64,000 nucleotides of DNA from the human T2T-CHM13v2.0 reference genome, Homo sapiens, in NCBI RefSeq assembly GCF_009914755.1, contig NC_060936.1, one strand, 5' to 3'. Of this stretch, positions 38,262 through 51,189 are shown piece by piece. Positions within the stretch are counted from its first letter, which is position 1, and each line of letters opens with the position of its first letter. The translations under genes and the position numbers were made by a program. Below the pieces are notes generated by a model that saw nothing but the letters and a program-made list of their open reading frames with translations, was not told the origin of the DNA and made no database searches.

Positions 38262-38947
38262 AGGGTAGAGCTTCTCAGATTTGCGTGAGCATGAGAATCA
38301 CCTGGGCAACTTGTTAAAGCACGGGTTCCTGGGTCCCACCCTCAGAGATTCTGATTCAGTAGGTGTATTAGTCCATTTCCATGTTGCTAATAAAGACATA
38401 TCCAAGACTGGGGGAAAAAAGAGGTTTAATGGACTTACAGTTTCACGTGGCTGGGGAGGCCTCACAATCATGGTGGACGGCAAGAAGGAGCAAGTCACAT
38501 CTTACATGGATGGCAGCAGGCAGAGAGGGAGCTTGTGCAGGGGAACTCCTCTTTATAAAACCATCAGATCTCATGAGACTTATTCACTATCACGAGAACA
38601 GCATGGGAAAGACCTGCCCCCATGATTCAATTACCTCCCACCGGGTCTCCTACAACATGTGGAAATTCAAGATGAGATTTGGGTGGGGACACAGCCAAAC
38701 CATATCAGTAGGTCTATATTGAAGCCCAGGAATTGACATTTTCACCAAGCCCCCAGGGCCTGCCAATGCTGCTGATCCGAGGACCACACTTTGAGTAGCT
38801 CTGATACAAAGCAGACTAGCAGCACGGGCATCTCCTGAGATGTGGTTAGAAACATCAAAGCTCAGGCGCCACCCTAGACCTACCAAATCAGAATTTTGAA
38901 CAAAACCCCAAGTGTTTGTATGCACATGGAGGCTTAAGAAGCCCTGG
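38262..38947. mobile_element. MER5A/B cluster
   Basis: agaatcacctggg...cagagattctgattcagtagg; aggaccacactttgagtag; second unit agcatctcctgagatgtggttagaaac...aaatcagaa. Confidence 0.8.
38364..38707 (-). mobile_element. THE1 solo LTR
   Basis: tgtattagtcc ... cagccaaaccatatca; perfect TSD GTAGG. Confidence 0.95.
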
Positions 38948-39884
38948 TGTAGAACATGCATTTCAGAATTATACCTCCAGAGAGCAAAGGTGTTCATACA
39001 TCAACTCTCACCAGTCATTGGTTGAGAACTACTAGGAGGGTGTGGTTAATCCCCTCTCCTGCCCTCTACCTCACCCCCACCTGCCACCCCACCCCACTCC
39101 ACTTCCACACTTCTCACCTGTCCTGTGTGCAGGACAGCAGCTCCTATCAGCTTGGGAGAAAGCTACAGTGCAAAAAGACACAGATAGAGCAGTTGGAAGT
39201 CAGTCCCCTACACTGATGTGGCAAGATCCAGGGATGTGGATGGAGTACCAGCAGGATCTGCTACCATCAATAAAAGACATACTCTGACAGAGTGTCCTGT
39301 ATTGCCTTCAGATACAGCATGTAATAGTGGGAAGAACACAAGCTTTGGAGTCACCCACCCCTGGGTTCAAAGCCTGACTGTCACACATTAAAATTCCTAC
39401 GTCAAAGTTACATGACCTCTCTGAGTTTTGCTCTTCATCTGAAAATGGAGATATTCATACCTTCCTTGATTTCTTATTGTCTGGACCAGTATAAGCACTC
39501 AAAGATGATACCTAATATTATTTTGTTATTTCTGCCAAGCCATGAACTTCTCATGGTACATCACTTGACACTGAAATATCATAGACTGAAAATCGGGGCT
39601 TAGTCATAAGGAATATCAAGGCAATAACTCAAGAAACCATGTCAGCAAAATAATTCTTCAGGAAGTTGGCTTTGAGTGTTACTTTCTCAGAGGCTGCTTC
39701 CTCGGTATGTAAAGTGCCAACCTATTTTTTGGAGCAATCATTCTGAGGAAGGACAGAAAGGGAGCAATCTAGTAGAATTAACCTGGTTATGGAGAGATCA
39801 TGCAAATCGGTCTTCAAAAATGTTCATTAGCTACATTTAGATGAGTATTCTTGTCAGAGGGTTCAAACTAACAATCTTCACAGG

Positions 39885-40329
39885 TTCTGTATGGGTTGAA
39901 TGGCATCCCCCAAAAAGACATGTCCCTGTTCTAATCCCCAGAGCCTGTGAATGTGACCTTATTTGGACAAAGCATCTTTGCAGTCGTAATTAAGTTAAAG
40001 ATCTTAAGATGAGATCATCCTTGATTGACCAGATGGGTCCTCAGTCCAATGGTAAGTGTCCTTAGAAGAGACACACAGAGAAGAGACAGAGGGAGAAGAG
40101 GAGAAGGCCATCTAAAGATGGATGCAGAGATTGTAGTTATGCAGAAAAAAAAAAAAAAGGCCTGGAAGAAGCAAGGAAGGATCCTCCCACAGAGCCTTTG
40201 GAGGGAGTGTGGCCCTGCCAACACCTTGACTTCTGAATAGCCTCCAGAACTGTGAAAGAATAAATTTGCTTTCCTTTAAGCCACTAGATTTGTGGTAATC
40301 TGTTCCAACAGTCCTAGGAAACTAGTACA
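39885..40329 (+). mobile_element. MLT1C-like LTR
   Basis: gggttgaatggcatcccccaaaaagac...tgtgaatgtgaccttatttgga; ends ggaaactagtaca. Confidence 0.88.
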
Positions 40330-40616
40330 GTGTCCAAGAGGAAACGAAACAATCTTCAATTCCAAGAAACTATTTGAATTCATCCAGAACCATGCAAGGA
40401 GAAAAATAAAATAATAGGAAGAAAGTTTGAGCTCATTAGAGGACACAAGGTTTAGAAACCACAGAAAATATGTCCAAAAGCTTTTTTAACTCAAAAAAGC
40501 TCAGAAATTAATTTATGAGTGTTCACATGTGCAATTATCTAATCCTTTGAGAGAAAGCCACGGTACATTCTGTTTACAGAGCATTTGATTAACTGCTGAT
40601 GTTATTTCCTCTGCAT

Positions 40617-41023
40617 AGCAGATATTGTTGTCCAGGCCACACCATACGGGACTTACCACTCCCAGTTGCTAACATCTGCACGTATTTGCCTGGAGGTCTC
40701 CTCTGGTCACCAGATCCTACTCTGCCTGGGCCACATGACAAGGTGATGTGCTGAGGAACAAAAGCCCCCAGGAGTATCCCTCAAGCAGTGTTGGACTGGA
40801 GTTGAGGTATATATGCCCTAGCCTCCCAACCCTGGGCTGAGATTCCCAAACAACTGGGTTCCCTGGCAGGACCCAGCCCCACATACCCAAAACACTAAAC
40901 TGCTTAATGATGGACACTTCCCATCCTGTCTCCCCTTCCCCATTTCCCTACCCGTGTTTCCTGGGACCACCTCCAAAACTAAGAATTTCCCCAAGCTGTT
41001 CCTTGAAGAACCCAAACTAAGAT
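40617..41023 (+). mobile_element. LTR16-like LTR
   Basis: ctgggaccacctccaaaac ... gaagaacccaaactaaga. Confidence 0.65.
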
Positions 41024-41264
41024 TGCTAAAGCACTAAGCTGGAAGTGACTCAAAACCAAAAAGCCTAACATAAGCTTTTGTCTTCTTTAAGAATTCATTC
41101 TGAACTGTCTGCCAATTTCATTTTAACATTAGAAAATGATTGAAAATGTTAAATTGGCCTTGCTTGACTTCAACATTTGACACAGTTACTCCAAGGATAC
41201 ATACATTGCGCTATAGAATTCCTCTATTTTTTTGCTATCCCTCCATCAAGTGGTGAGTTCTGAC

Positions 41265-42159
41265 TCCAAAATATGTTTTAGATCAGTCCTCTACTCTCCA
41301 TTTCCACTGCCAGCCCCCTAGTCCATCCCATGCCATCTCTTGCTAGACTGGTCATCACTTGCTAGACTGTCACCAAATCCTCCTGACTGGCCCATCCCCG
41401 ATTCCACTCTTGACCCTTCCAATCTATTATTTCATAGCAACTAAGAAAAATGTTTAAAAATATAAATCAATTGATATCACTTCCTTCATTAAAACCTAGC
41501 TTCCCATTGCACATAGAATGAAATCCCAAGTCCTTCTTGTGGACTAAAAGACTTCTCCCACTTCTGTTTTAACTCACTGTACCCTTCACTCACGGTACTC
41601 CAGGAACCTTAATGTCCTCTCTGTTCCCAGAATGGATCCAGCCTGTCCAGGCCTTTGTGCTTGCTCTTCCCTCTTCCTGAATATTCTGACCTGGCTCTGT
41701 GTGTGTCTACTTCCTCCTCATCTCTCAGATCTCCTTTGCAAAAGGGCTTCCCCAATGATTTAATTTAATATCATCTTTTCATGTACCCCAAATGTCATTC
41801 TCTAGCACTGTATTCTGTTTATTTCCTTCATAGAATCTACAGTAAATTCTAATCGTTTCAGGTTTTTGTTTATTTACTCATTCAAAAACACATAGACTCA
41901 GTCCCTATTATCCCTACGGTGGGCCAGGCCTAGACCCTTGACAGGTGCGGGAGGTACACAGTGATCAAAAACAGACCCTACCTACATTAGGGAGAGAATT
42001 TAGTGAGAGAGACTGATGTTAAACAAATAATAACATATGCAGTTTTAAAGCTGACACTGTAAGAAGTGTTATATACAGAGCCCTATGAGAAGTCAAATTA
42101 GAAAATTTTGGCCTACTTAGGGATGGCATCCCCAAGGAAGTAAACAATGAGCTGGGGCC
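41265..42159. mobile_element. Two L2 fragments (+ then -)
   Basis: ctactctccatttccactgcc, cttcccattgcacatagaatgaaatcc; then reverse L2 tail tttactcattcaaaa. Confidence 0.7.
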
Positions 42160-42753
42160 TGTGTAGGCAAAGGTTAACTCAGCAAACCTGGGTTGTTCAA
42201 ACCCTGCACATTTTCAGGAAAAGCCTGTCTTCAGGAATGACCCTGGGAAAAGAGCTCTGAGGCTTTGGAATGCCCTGCCTGATAAGAGTGTGTCTTTATG
42301 CCCAAAGCCTTGGGCAACACGGTACCAGTTTGATCACATAGTTTATGTTAACAGTGAGATTTATGGTGAATGCCTGCTCTTGCTCTAGGAGGTTGAAGTC
42401 TGAGTAGCCAACATCAATCCTGCAGGTACTACATGCCAATGCAACTGGCCCCCAATTAAAAATTCTGGACACTCACTCAGGGGAGATTCCTAGTTGGTAG
42501 CACTTTACTCAGGCAGTCACACACTATTGCTGGAAGAATGAAGTGTGCCCATGTGACGCCACTGGAGGAGGACACCTGGAAACTTGGGCCTGTTTTTTCC
42601 TGGACTTTGCCCCAAGTGCTTTTTCCCCTTTCTGGTTTGAATCTGTATCCTTTCACTGTAAGAAATTTCCACCTTGAGCACGACAGCTTTTCTGAGTCCT
42701 GTGAGTTCTAGCAAATCATTAAGCCTAAGGATGGTCTCAGGGACCCTGACACA
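42160..42753 (+). mobile_element. MER77/MER68/MER21-like solo LTR
   Basis: tgtgtaggcaaaggttaactcagca... ; ends ctgagtcctgtgagttctagcaaatcatt...gaccctgacaca. Confidence 0.8.
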
Positions 42754-43541
42754 GCACCAAAGAGAGTGTTTAAGGCAGAGAAAACAGCAGACTCAAAAAC
42801 CCCGTGACATCCCTGAGCATCTCGACATGAGAAGTGTAACAAAAGCTGGTTAGGTGGGAATGGAAGAGAAAGCAGGTGTGTGACACTAGGTGTCCACATT
42901 CTCTCTTCACTGGTGAATGGACACCTGTGATTGTTGTTCACTGTTGGCATCACCACCACATACCATTATGCTTGGCATGTCATTGATGCCCAAGAGTATC
43001 CATTAAATAAATGAATTATAAATAAGCAAATGAGTGAATGGAATGAATGATCCTCAGCTTTATGTTACATCTTACAGCAAGTGTAATTGTTATTGATTAT
43101 TATTCCCATGATCATCTCTCTGAATGCTTCAAAGTTGTTTAATTACTTGTATGACACCACTGCCTCAAGACAGTTAAAGCACTAGGGGGAAAAATGCCTC
43201 AAAACATTTCAAATCAATTGAAGTTTTTAGATAATTTCCTGAATATATTGCAGTAATTTATAGAAAATGTAGACTTTATCTGCAGGCTAGACTGTAAATT
43301 TATGTAAATAATAAAAGCCCTTTATAATTTCTCAAACTCTATGAGTTAAATATACTGGTCATTAATGTCCCCATTTTATAGATGGGAAACTACAAGGTTG
43401 ACTGCTTTGTCCAAAGTGACAAACAAATTAGTGGCAGAGCAAAGATTACAATTCTGGATTTCTAAATGCTTGTGGAACAGAACCTATTACCTTCAGGGAA
43501 AAGAAACTTGGAAGAAAGGAAGGGAAATGAGGCTTGAAGCC

Positions 43542-43657
43542 AGAGACAGTGGATGCAAGATCAGGCTCTGATGCTTACTAGCCAAGTGGGGCACACATGG
43601 GGCAAGAGACAGTGGATGCAAGATCAGCTTGCTAGCCAAGTGGGGCACACATGGGCC
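43542..43657. repeat. ~63-bp tandem duplication; second copy has a 9-bp deletion
   Basis: agagacagtggatgcaagatcag...ctagccaagtggggcacacatggg occurs twice. Confidence 0.92.
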
Positions 43658-44564
43658 ACATCCATTGACCTTGGCAAGACTCAGTGTCTTCATCTATTAA
43701 ATAAGGATAATAAAACTTATCCAAAAGTACTAGTTCTTAATCTGGGGATAATGTAAGGATCCCTGGATTCACTTCAGAACTCCTTGAAACCATAAGCAAA
43801 ATTCATGTATAAGTTTCTGTGTACATTTTACTGGTACAAGGATACATAGCTTTCATTAAATTCTCAAAGTGGCCTACTGAGCCCAAAGCAGTGAAGAAAC
43901 AGCCACTATCTGTTTCAGTGGTCAGTCACCAACAGGACAAGCAATGGTTGAATACAGGCCCTGGAGTGTGACTCCCCATGTTGGAATCTGGCTCAGCTAT
44001 TTGCTAGTCATACGCAAAGTCCATGACTCATCTTTATGGGGGTGAAAGAGTGCATACCCTCTTAGTCACTTTGAGGATTCAACAAGATCATGCCTGCAAA
44101 GTACACAGTATATGGTGCCATCTCAATAAATATTAGCTGCTGTCATTGTTCTCACATATTTCATCCACAATAGCATATCTAGGCGTCACTGGGAGTCATC
44201 CTTCTCCCTCACCCACATCATTCAATCCACATCAAATCTGGCTGACTTGCTACCTGAAATACTTCTTGATTTATTCACCTCATTTTCATTGAGACTTTTA
44301 CCTCATGGAATCAGGCCCTATCCCAGCATATCTCCCTGCTTGATCACTCTGGAATCCTCTCTCCCCCAGGGTGAATTATTAGGCACTACAATGCTAATGT
44401 GACTTCAGACCCCAAGGCAGGGGTCTTCACACTGTGCTCCAAGGAGCCTCTTCCGTGGCTGTGGAGAGGGGGCAGGAGCTCCTGACATTCTCACACGAAC
44501 CAGAGCAAGCCCCAGCTTTGTGGATTTTGTACATGAGGCTTCCTTCCAGTTTGAAGAAAGGGTT

Positions 44565-44924
44565 TGCCTTAGTTTGGGTTGCCATAGCAAATTACCATCA
44601 ACTGGGTAGCTTAAATAACAAACATTCCTTTCTCACGGTTCTAGAGGCTGCAAGTCCAAGATCAGGGTGCCAGCATGACCAGGTTCTGGTAAGGGCAGTC
44701 TTTCGGTTGCAGACATCCAACTTATCAATGTAAACTCACACAGCAGAAGGACAGCAGGCTGACTCACTGAGGCCTTTTCTTATAAGGGTGCAATCTCACT
44801 AATAAGGACTTCGCCCTCATGACCTAATCACCTCCCAAAGACCCCACCTCCTAATACCATCCCATCAAGGGTTAGGATTTCAACGTATGAATTTGGGGAG
44901 GACAGAAACATTCAGTCCATTCCA
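44565..44924 (-). mobile_element. MLT1A-like LTR
   Basis: ttctagaggctgcaagtccaagatcaggg...gacctaatcacctcccaaag...aacattcagtccat. Confidence 0.88.
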
Positions 44925-46701
44925 GGGCTGCACTGCTTAAAGCAAACAACAAACAAAAAGACAAAGAACTGCACCCTTACCCTTTACAAAAATGGAAGAT
45001 AAGGTCCAAGGCACCATTGCCACCTGGCTCCTGGTGTGTCTTTTCTTGTCTCACTATCGTGTTTCCCTCCTCTCTGCCGATATTACTACACTAGATGATC
45101 TGGGACTTTTCAAATGTTTTGATCTCAAGACCCCTTTCCCTTTTAAAAAAGTATTATGCCTCCTCTTGTTTTGGTTTCCTGTTACTGCTGAAACAAATGA
45201 CCACAAATCTGTGCCTTACACAAATTTATTACCTTACAGTGTGGTGGTCAGAAGTCCAAGGCAGGTCAGTACAGCTGCATTCCTTCCGTAGGCTTGAAAG
45301 CAAGTAATGATTATATGTTCTGCTGCAGGAGGATTTCTGAGTCAGGGCTGGCAAAATCAATTTATTATTCTAACAGTTCCTTTCCGTAAAGCTATAAATG
45401 CATCATTATAATTTCCACCTTTTTACAGTTTCCAGGGGTCTCACACCTTTCAAACTCAATTACTGATGCTGGAGTGTCTGTTCCATGTTGGGGCTGCTGT
45501 ATTTTCTTCCCTTTCTCATGCTAGTGGTTGGAATAACCAAAATCTTACACCTCAGAACTTCTGCTAAAGTTGTGTGAGTCTCTGGCCATTGGAATCTGGG
45601 AATAACTCTGATCAATTGATCGTTTCCTGTATACCTGCCATTGTGTTAGCACATCCCCTGCTCTCTTTCCTTCAGTCTTCACAGCAACACTTTGCCAAAT
45701 GAATTATCATTATCCTCATTCTGCCAGTGAAAGGGGGCCATGCAGAGAAGTCATGCAATTTCCCAGTCCACACAGGAAGAACATAGGTTTCCCTGACTCT
45801 AGAGAACAGAAATCCTTACCTCAGCATGGCTTACTGCCTCCAGTGACATGACCCTACTGTCCCACACTCAGCACCAACATGATTTTACCATTTCAGAAAT
45901 TTCTTGCCAAGAAGATGAAAATCCAAATACTGCATTGTTTGTTTCAGGAACTTTCTGAAAATCCATTTATCCAAACAACAGATGACTCAGCAAGCCCACA
46001 TCAGGGGGATAGGCCCTTCCTCAGAATTCTCAGTGGGGCTCATGAAATAACTGCTTACTTTTCAGACTCCCTTCCACACCTCACCTCTCTATGGACATCA
46101 TCAGTCCCACACCATTATGTATCAGAGTGTGTCTGTATCATTTTGGCCCCTACATTGAAAGACTCACATTAACCGGACCCCTAAAACATTTTAACCATTG
46201 CCTCTGACATAACACCTTCCCTTCTGTGAAGCTACTTAAAATATGTCAATGCAGTGAGATCCCTTACTTCAATGAACAAATAGTTTGGATTCGCTTGATG
46301 AATAAGCTATCTGGAGGGTTTCTTTTAAGAGTTAGCAGTCAATCCCTGGCTTCTAGTGTACCAAGTTTGTGCTACTGATGGGTATCCCTATGCTCTTCAG
46401 GTTCCTTGAACAAGTAAGTCTTCATGGGTACTTCTGTCCAGCAAAGCAGTGAATCATCTCTAAGTGCATCTCCAGGACTCCTGCCTCAAGGTCAATCTGG
46501 TTCTGGTCTAGCCCAGGAATGTGTATCCTGGACTAAGCCCAGATGTCCTCTGATCCCCTTGTCAATTACCATGATATGCTACAGCCAATTGATCATTTGT
46601 CTACCCTAGACAAGATCTAGAATTGTTTTGGTGGTCCCAGTTGCACAATAAACAAGCCTAGCATTTAAGGGGTAGAACAGAAATGAAATTCCCTGATTTT
46701 A

Positions 46702-46945
46702 TGTATCAGTAAGTTTTCACTGCATAACAAATATGTCTCCAAATCTCTTTGTGATACAAAAATAGGCATTTCTTGCTCAGACATTTGAGTTCAGCTAGGG
46801 TTTGACCTAGGCATTCTGCTATCTCATCTTAGCTCACTCATGCAGCTGGGAGTCCACTGACTGTTAGGTAATCTAGACTAGCTTCAGCTGAGACTATTGG
46901 GGTGACTCACCTCTGCTCCACAAGGCTATCATCCTCCAGCAGGTC
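46702..46945 (-). mobile_element. MLT1-type LTR fragment abutting the L1 5' end
   Basis: tgtatcagt...ctgcataacaaa; ctgctccac...tcatcctccagcagg. Confidence 0.6.
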
Positions 46946-47936
46946 ATGATCCACATGAAAAACTGAGGGAAGACATCCAGGACCTGCTGGAGAGCACATG
47001 GAAAAAAGTTGGGACACAGAAAAGGAAAGCAGCAAGAGTCGGGCAGAGATTGATCCCCAAGGAACTTGGAATACCATGGGAAAGGTAGGTAGGGGTGTTT
47101 CTCCACTCCCCTCACCTCTGTGATAAACTGCTGACAGCCAAAATGTCAGGGAGCCTCTTTGCCCTTGCAGGCCTAGGCAATGCTGTCAGTGGCAATTTTC
47201 GATCTTCCTGGGGATAGAGCACCAAGTGACCACCTTGGGCAGGTGTGCTCACACTCCCCTCAGACTCACACTGAGACAGCAGATGCCATACTGATTATGC
47301 ACCCATGGTGGGCCACTGCCCTCCTCAAGGAACCTCAGCCCTTGTGTCACCACATCACCACAACCCCCACAAATATACCGCAGAATATACTCTGACTTTG
47401 GCAACCACAGAGGACCAGCAGGTTCATAAGGAGCTGTGGGATCCCTGGAGATCAAGCCATTGGCACAAGTCACCCCAGGGTAGGGGGCAACACAACCTGC
47501 CAAAATGCCCCTTGGAACAAAAGAAACACAGGTGCAGTGCTCATCTCTGAAGGGGATGACACCAGTGTCTGGGAATGGAAATGGAGAGGAGGTTATCTCC
47601 TGCTCCCCCCAATCACTGTTGGGAACACAGCAGAGTCTTTCCCCACTGGGGGCTGGTGCAAAACCACACTTGGAGACAGCCTGCTTAATGTTTTTTCATG
47701 GTGGCTGCACCCCCACTGAAAGTGAGCTCATTGCTGCTCAGAATTGCACGAAGAAAGAGGCTCATCTCCCACTCCCTACACAGAGCAGCATACCAGCAAC
47801 AGAGGGCAGACAAGCCACAGAGTTGTCTTGCTCTGGATTAGAAAAAGAGGCTCTGCCTTGAGGCTATTTCAATGGTAGCTGCCAGAAGGGCATTTTGCAG
47901 ACCTCTGTTGCACAGCATTCAGGAGCCAAAGGACAT

Positions 47937-48354
47937 TGATATAGTCTGTGTATTAGTCCCAACTCAAATCTCATGTTGAATTGTAATCCCCAGTATTGGA
48001 GATGGAACCTGGTGGGAGGTGACTGGATCATAGGGGTGGATTTCTCATGAACGGTTTAGCACCATCTGCTTGGTTCTGTCCTCATGATAGTGAGTGAGTT
48101 CTTGTGAGATCTGACTGTTTGTAGGTGTGTGGCACCTCCCTCTCTCACACTCTTGCTCCTATTCTGGCCATGTGACGTGCATCTTCCCTTTTTGCCTTCT
48201 ACCATGAGTGGAAGCTTTCTGAGGCCTCTCCAGAAGCAGATGCCTCTATGCTTCCTGTACAGCCTGTAGAACTGTGAATGAATTAAACCTCAGTTCTTAT
48301 AAATTACCCAGTCTCAGATATTTCTTTATAGCAGTGCAAGAACAAACTAACACA
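47937..48354 (+). mobile_element. MSTA/B solo LTR inside the L1 5'UTR
   Basis: caaatctcatgttgaattgtaatcccc ... tttctttatagcagtgcaagaacaaactaacaca. Confidence 0.92.
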
Positions 48355-49148
48355 AAATGTCTATATATACTAAAGGTCACAAGCCCTGCAACAAGGGCAT
48401 GATAGGAAAATGGATCACATTCCTGCCTAACCAGGATGAGGAGCCAGTACACCCTTGAGACCTCAGTGCATCTCAACAGGAACTCCCCCGACCAGCCCCC
48501 AGGGTGGGTGCCTCCACTCATCCTTGGGCTACCCAAGGGCAAGGAAGCTCTTACTCTTAAGCACCACCTACTGAACTGGAGATTGAACCTCACCACCAAA
48601 TTATAAACCTGCTGTCCAAAGGACATAATGCTAGTGCATAAGATAAGCTTCCTTAGACACTCCCAGTCCCACAATAGATAGTGTGTTGCTCATTTGTCCA
48701 GTGCATTCCTATAACAAGCAGCACTTGAGAAAGCCACTGCCCTAAAGCTATCCATAACCAAGGAACATATACAGAGTGTTGGGTCCCCAAAACACCCAGA
48801 AATAAATCCAAATGATCATACACAACATACACCACAGTTATACCCTCAAGGGAAAAAAGAATTAAAAATTTAAAAGTCCCATCTAAATGACAGCAAACTC
48901 AAAAATAAGAAGTGAAAGCCCATTCAGATGAGAAAGAATCAGCATAAAAACTCTAGCATTACCAAAAAAAAGTGTTTTCACACCTCCAAAGGATCACACT
49001 AACTCTTTAGCAATGGACCCTAACTGAAATGACAATTCTCAAATGATAAAGAATTTGAAATATGGATAGTAAGGAGCTCAATGAGATCCAAGACAAAGTT
49101 GAAAACCAAAACCAATAAACCAGGTAAACAATTCAGGATATGAAAAAC

Positions 49149-49149
<1 letters not shown>

Positions 49150-49193
<44 letters not shown>
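49150..49193. repeat. Pure (GATA)10 microsatellite in L1 ORF1
   Basis: Seen directly; (CA)n at ~49566-49582 and (GA)n at ~51157-51185 lie in the same L1. Confidence 0.98.
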
Positions 49194-51154
49194 TTTAAAC
49201 TCACACAGAGCTTCTGGAAAAGAAAAACTCACTAATGGAATTTCAAAATACAGTTGAAAACTTTAACAATAGACTAGACCAAGAAGAAGAAAGAATTTCA
49301 GAGCTTGAAGAATGGTCCTTCAAATTAACCCAGTCAGACAAAAATAAAGATAAAAGAATTTTTTAAAATGAACAAAGTCTTTGAGATATTTAGGATTACT
49401 TAAAGCAACCAAATCTACTACATATAGGCATTACTGCGAAAGAAGAAGAAAAAGTAAGCAATTTGGAAAACACATTTGAGGGAATAATTTAGGAAAATTT
49501 TATTGATCTTGCTAGAAATGTAGACATCCAGATACAAGGAATACAGAGAACACCTGGAAGATACTACACACACACACACACAAAAATCAACAAGGTGTAT
49601 AGTTGTCAGACTATCCAAGGTCAGCGCTAAAGAAAATATCTTAAAGGCAGCTAGAAAGAAGTGTCAAATCACCTATAAAGGACATCCTATCACACTAACA
49701 GCAGACATCTCAGCAGAAGCTTTACAAGCAAGAAGAGATTATTTTTAGCCTTTTAAAGAAGGAAACAAAAAATGCCAGCCAAGAATTTTATATCCTGCCA
49801 AATTTAGCTTCATGAATGAAGGACAAATAAAGTCTTTCCCAGACAAGCAAACACTAAAGGAATTCATCACCACTAGACCAACTACAAGAAATGCTCAAAG
49901 GAGGTCTAAACATGAAAACAAAAGGAAAATACTCATAAAAGCACACATAGGTACAACGTTCATAGATCTTATAAAGCAATTACAAAACTGAGACTACAAA
50001 GCAACTAGTTAATAACATTATGAGAGGAAAAAAAAACCTCACATATCAATATTAACCTCAAATATAAATGGCCTAAATGCTCTACTTAAAATATATAGAT
50101 TGGTAAATTTGTTTTTAAAAATGAGCACTCACCTTCTGTCTACAAGAGACCCACTTATCAGGTAAAGACACCCACACGCTCAAAGTAAAGGGATAGAAAA
50201 AGTTGTATCACACAAATGAAAAACAAAAAAGAGCAGGAGTTGATATTCTTACATCAGATAAAACAGATACCAACCAACAACAAAAAACAAAGAAGGACAT
50301 TATATAATAATAAGGGACTCAATTCAACAAGATTTAACTATCCTAAATATATACACACCCAACACCGGAGCACCCAAATTTATAAAACAAATACTACTAG
50401 ACCTAGGAAAAAGGGATAAATAGCCACACAATAGTGGGAGACGTCAGCACCCCACTGAGAGCACCAAACAGATCATCAATACAGAAAATCAGCAAACTCT
50501 GGACTTAAACTAGACTCTTGACCAAATGACCTAATACAGATATCTATAAAACATTCCACTGAATGACTGCAGGATATATATTTTTCTCACCTTTGCATGG
50601 AACACTCTCTACAATTGACCATATGTTTGACCATAAAGCAAGTCTCAATACATTCAAAAAATTCAAAATTATATCAAATATCGTCTCAAACCACAGTGGA
50701 ATAAAATTAGAAATTGATACCAACAGAAAATCTCCAAACCACACAAGTACATGGAAACTAAATAATTTCTTCCTGAATGACTTCTGGGTAAACAATAATA
50801 TAAAGGCAGAATTCTAAAAATTTTTTTGAAATAAATGAAAACAGAGTCACAACATACAAAAACCTCTGGGACAGAGGAAAAGCAGTATTAAGGGGAAAGT
50901 TTATAGCATTAAATGCCTACATCAAAAAGATAGAAAGATCTCAAATTATCAACCTAACATTTCATCTAAAGGAACCAGAGAAACAAGAACAAACCAAACC
51001 CAAAGTTAGCAGAAGAAAAGAAACGAACAAACGCCAAAGCAGAACTAAATAAAATTAAGATGAAAAAAATCATACAAAGGATCAACAAAATGAAAAGTTG
51101 GTTCTTTGAAAGGATTAACAAAGTTGATAGAACACTGGCTAGATTAACCAAAAA

Positions 51155-51189
<35 letters not shown>

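Larger units (their letters stand above)
37655..39266 (-). mobile_element. LTR16-like LTR hosting nested MST, MER5 and THE1 insertions
   Basis: ttctccagaagccaaccctgagac... at the left; resumes ~38955 (catttcagaattatacc...cagtcattggttgag) and ends gcaggatctgctacca. Confidence 0.65.

Noticed and set aside
35822-41375. Tiny duplications (aaatactgggt x2 at ~35822; cttgctagactg x2 at ~41338)
   Set aside because: Ordinary short slippage events
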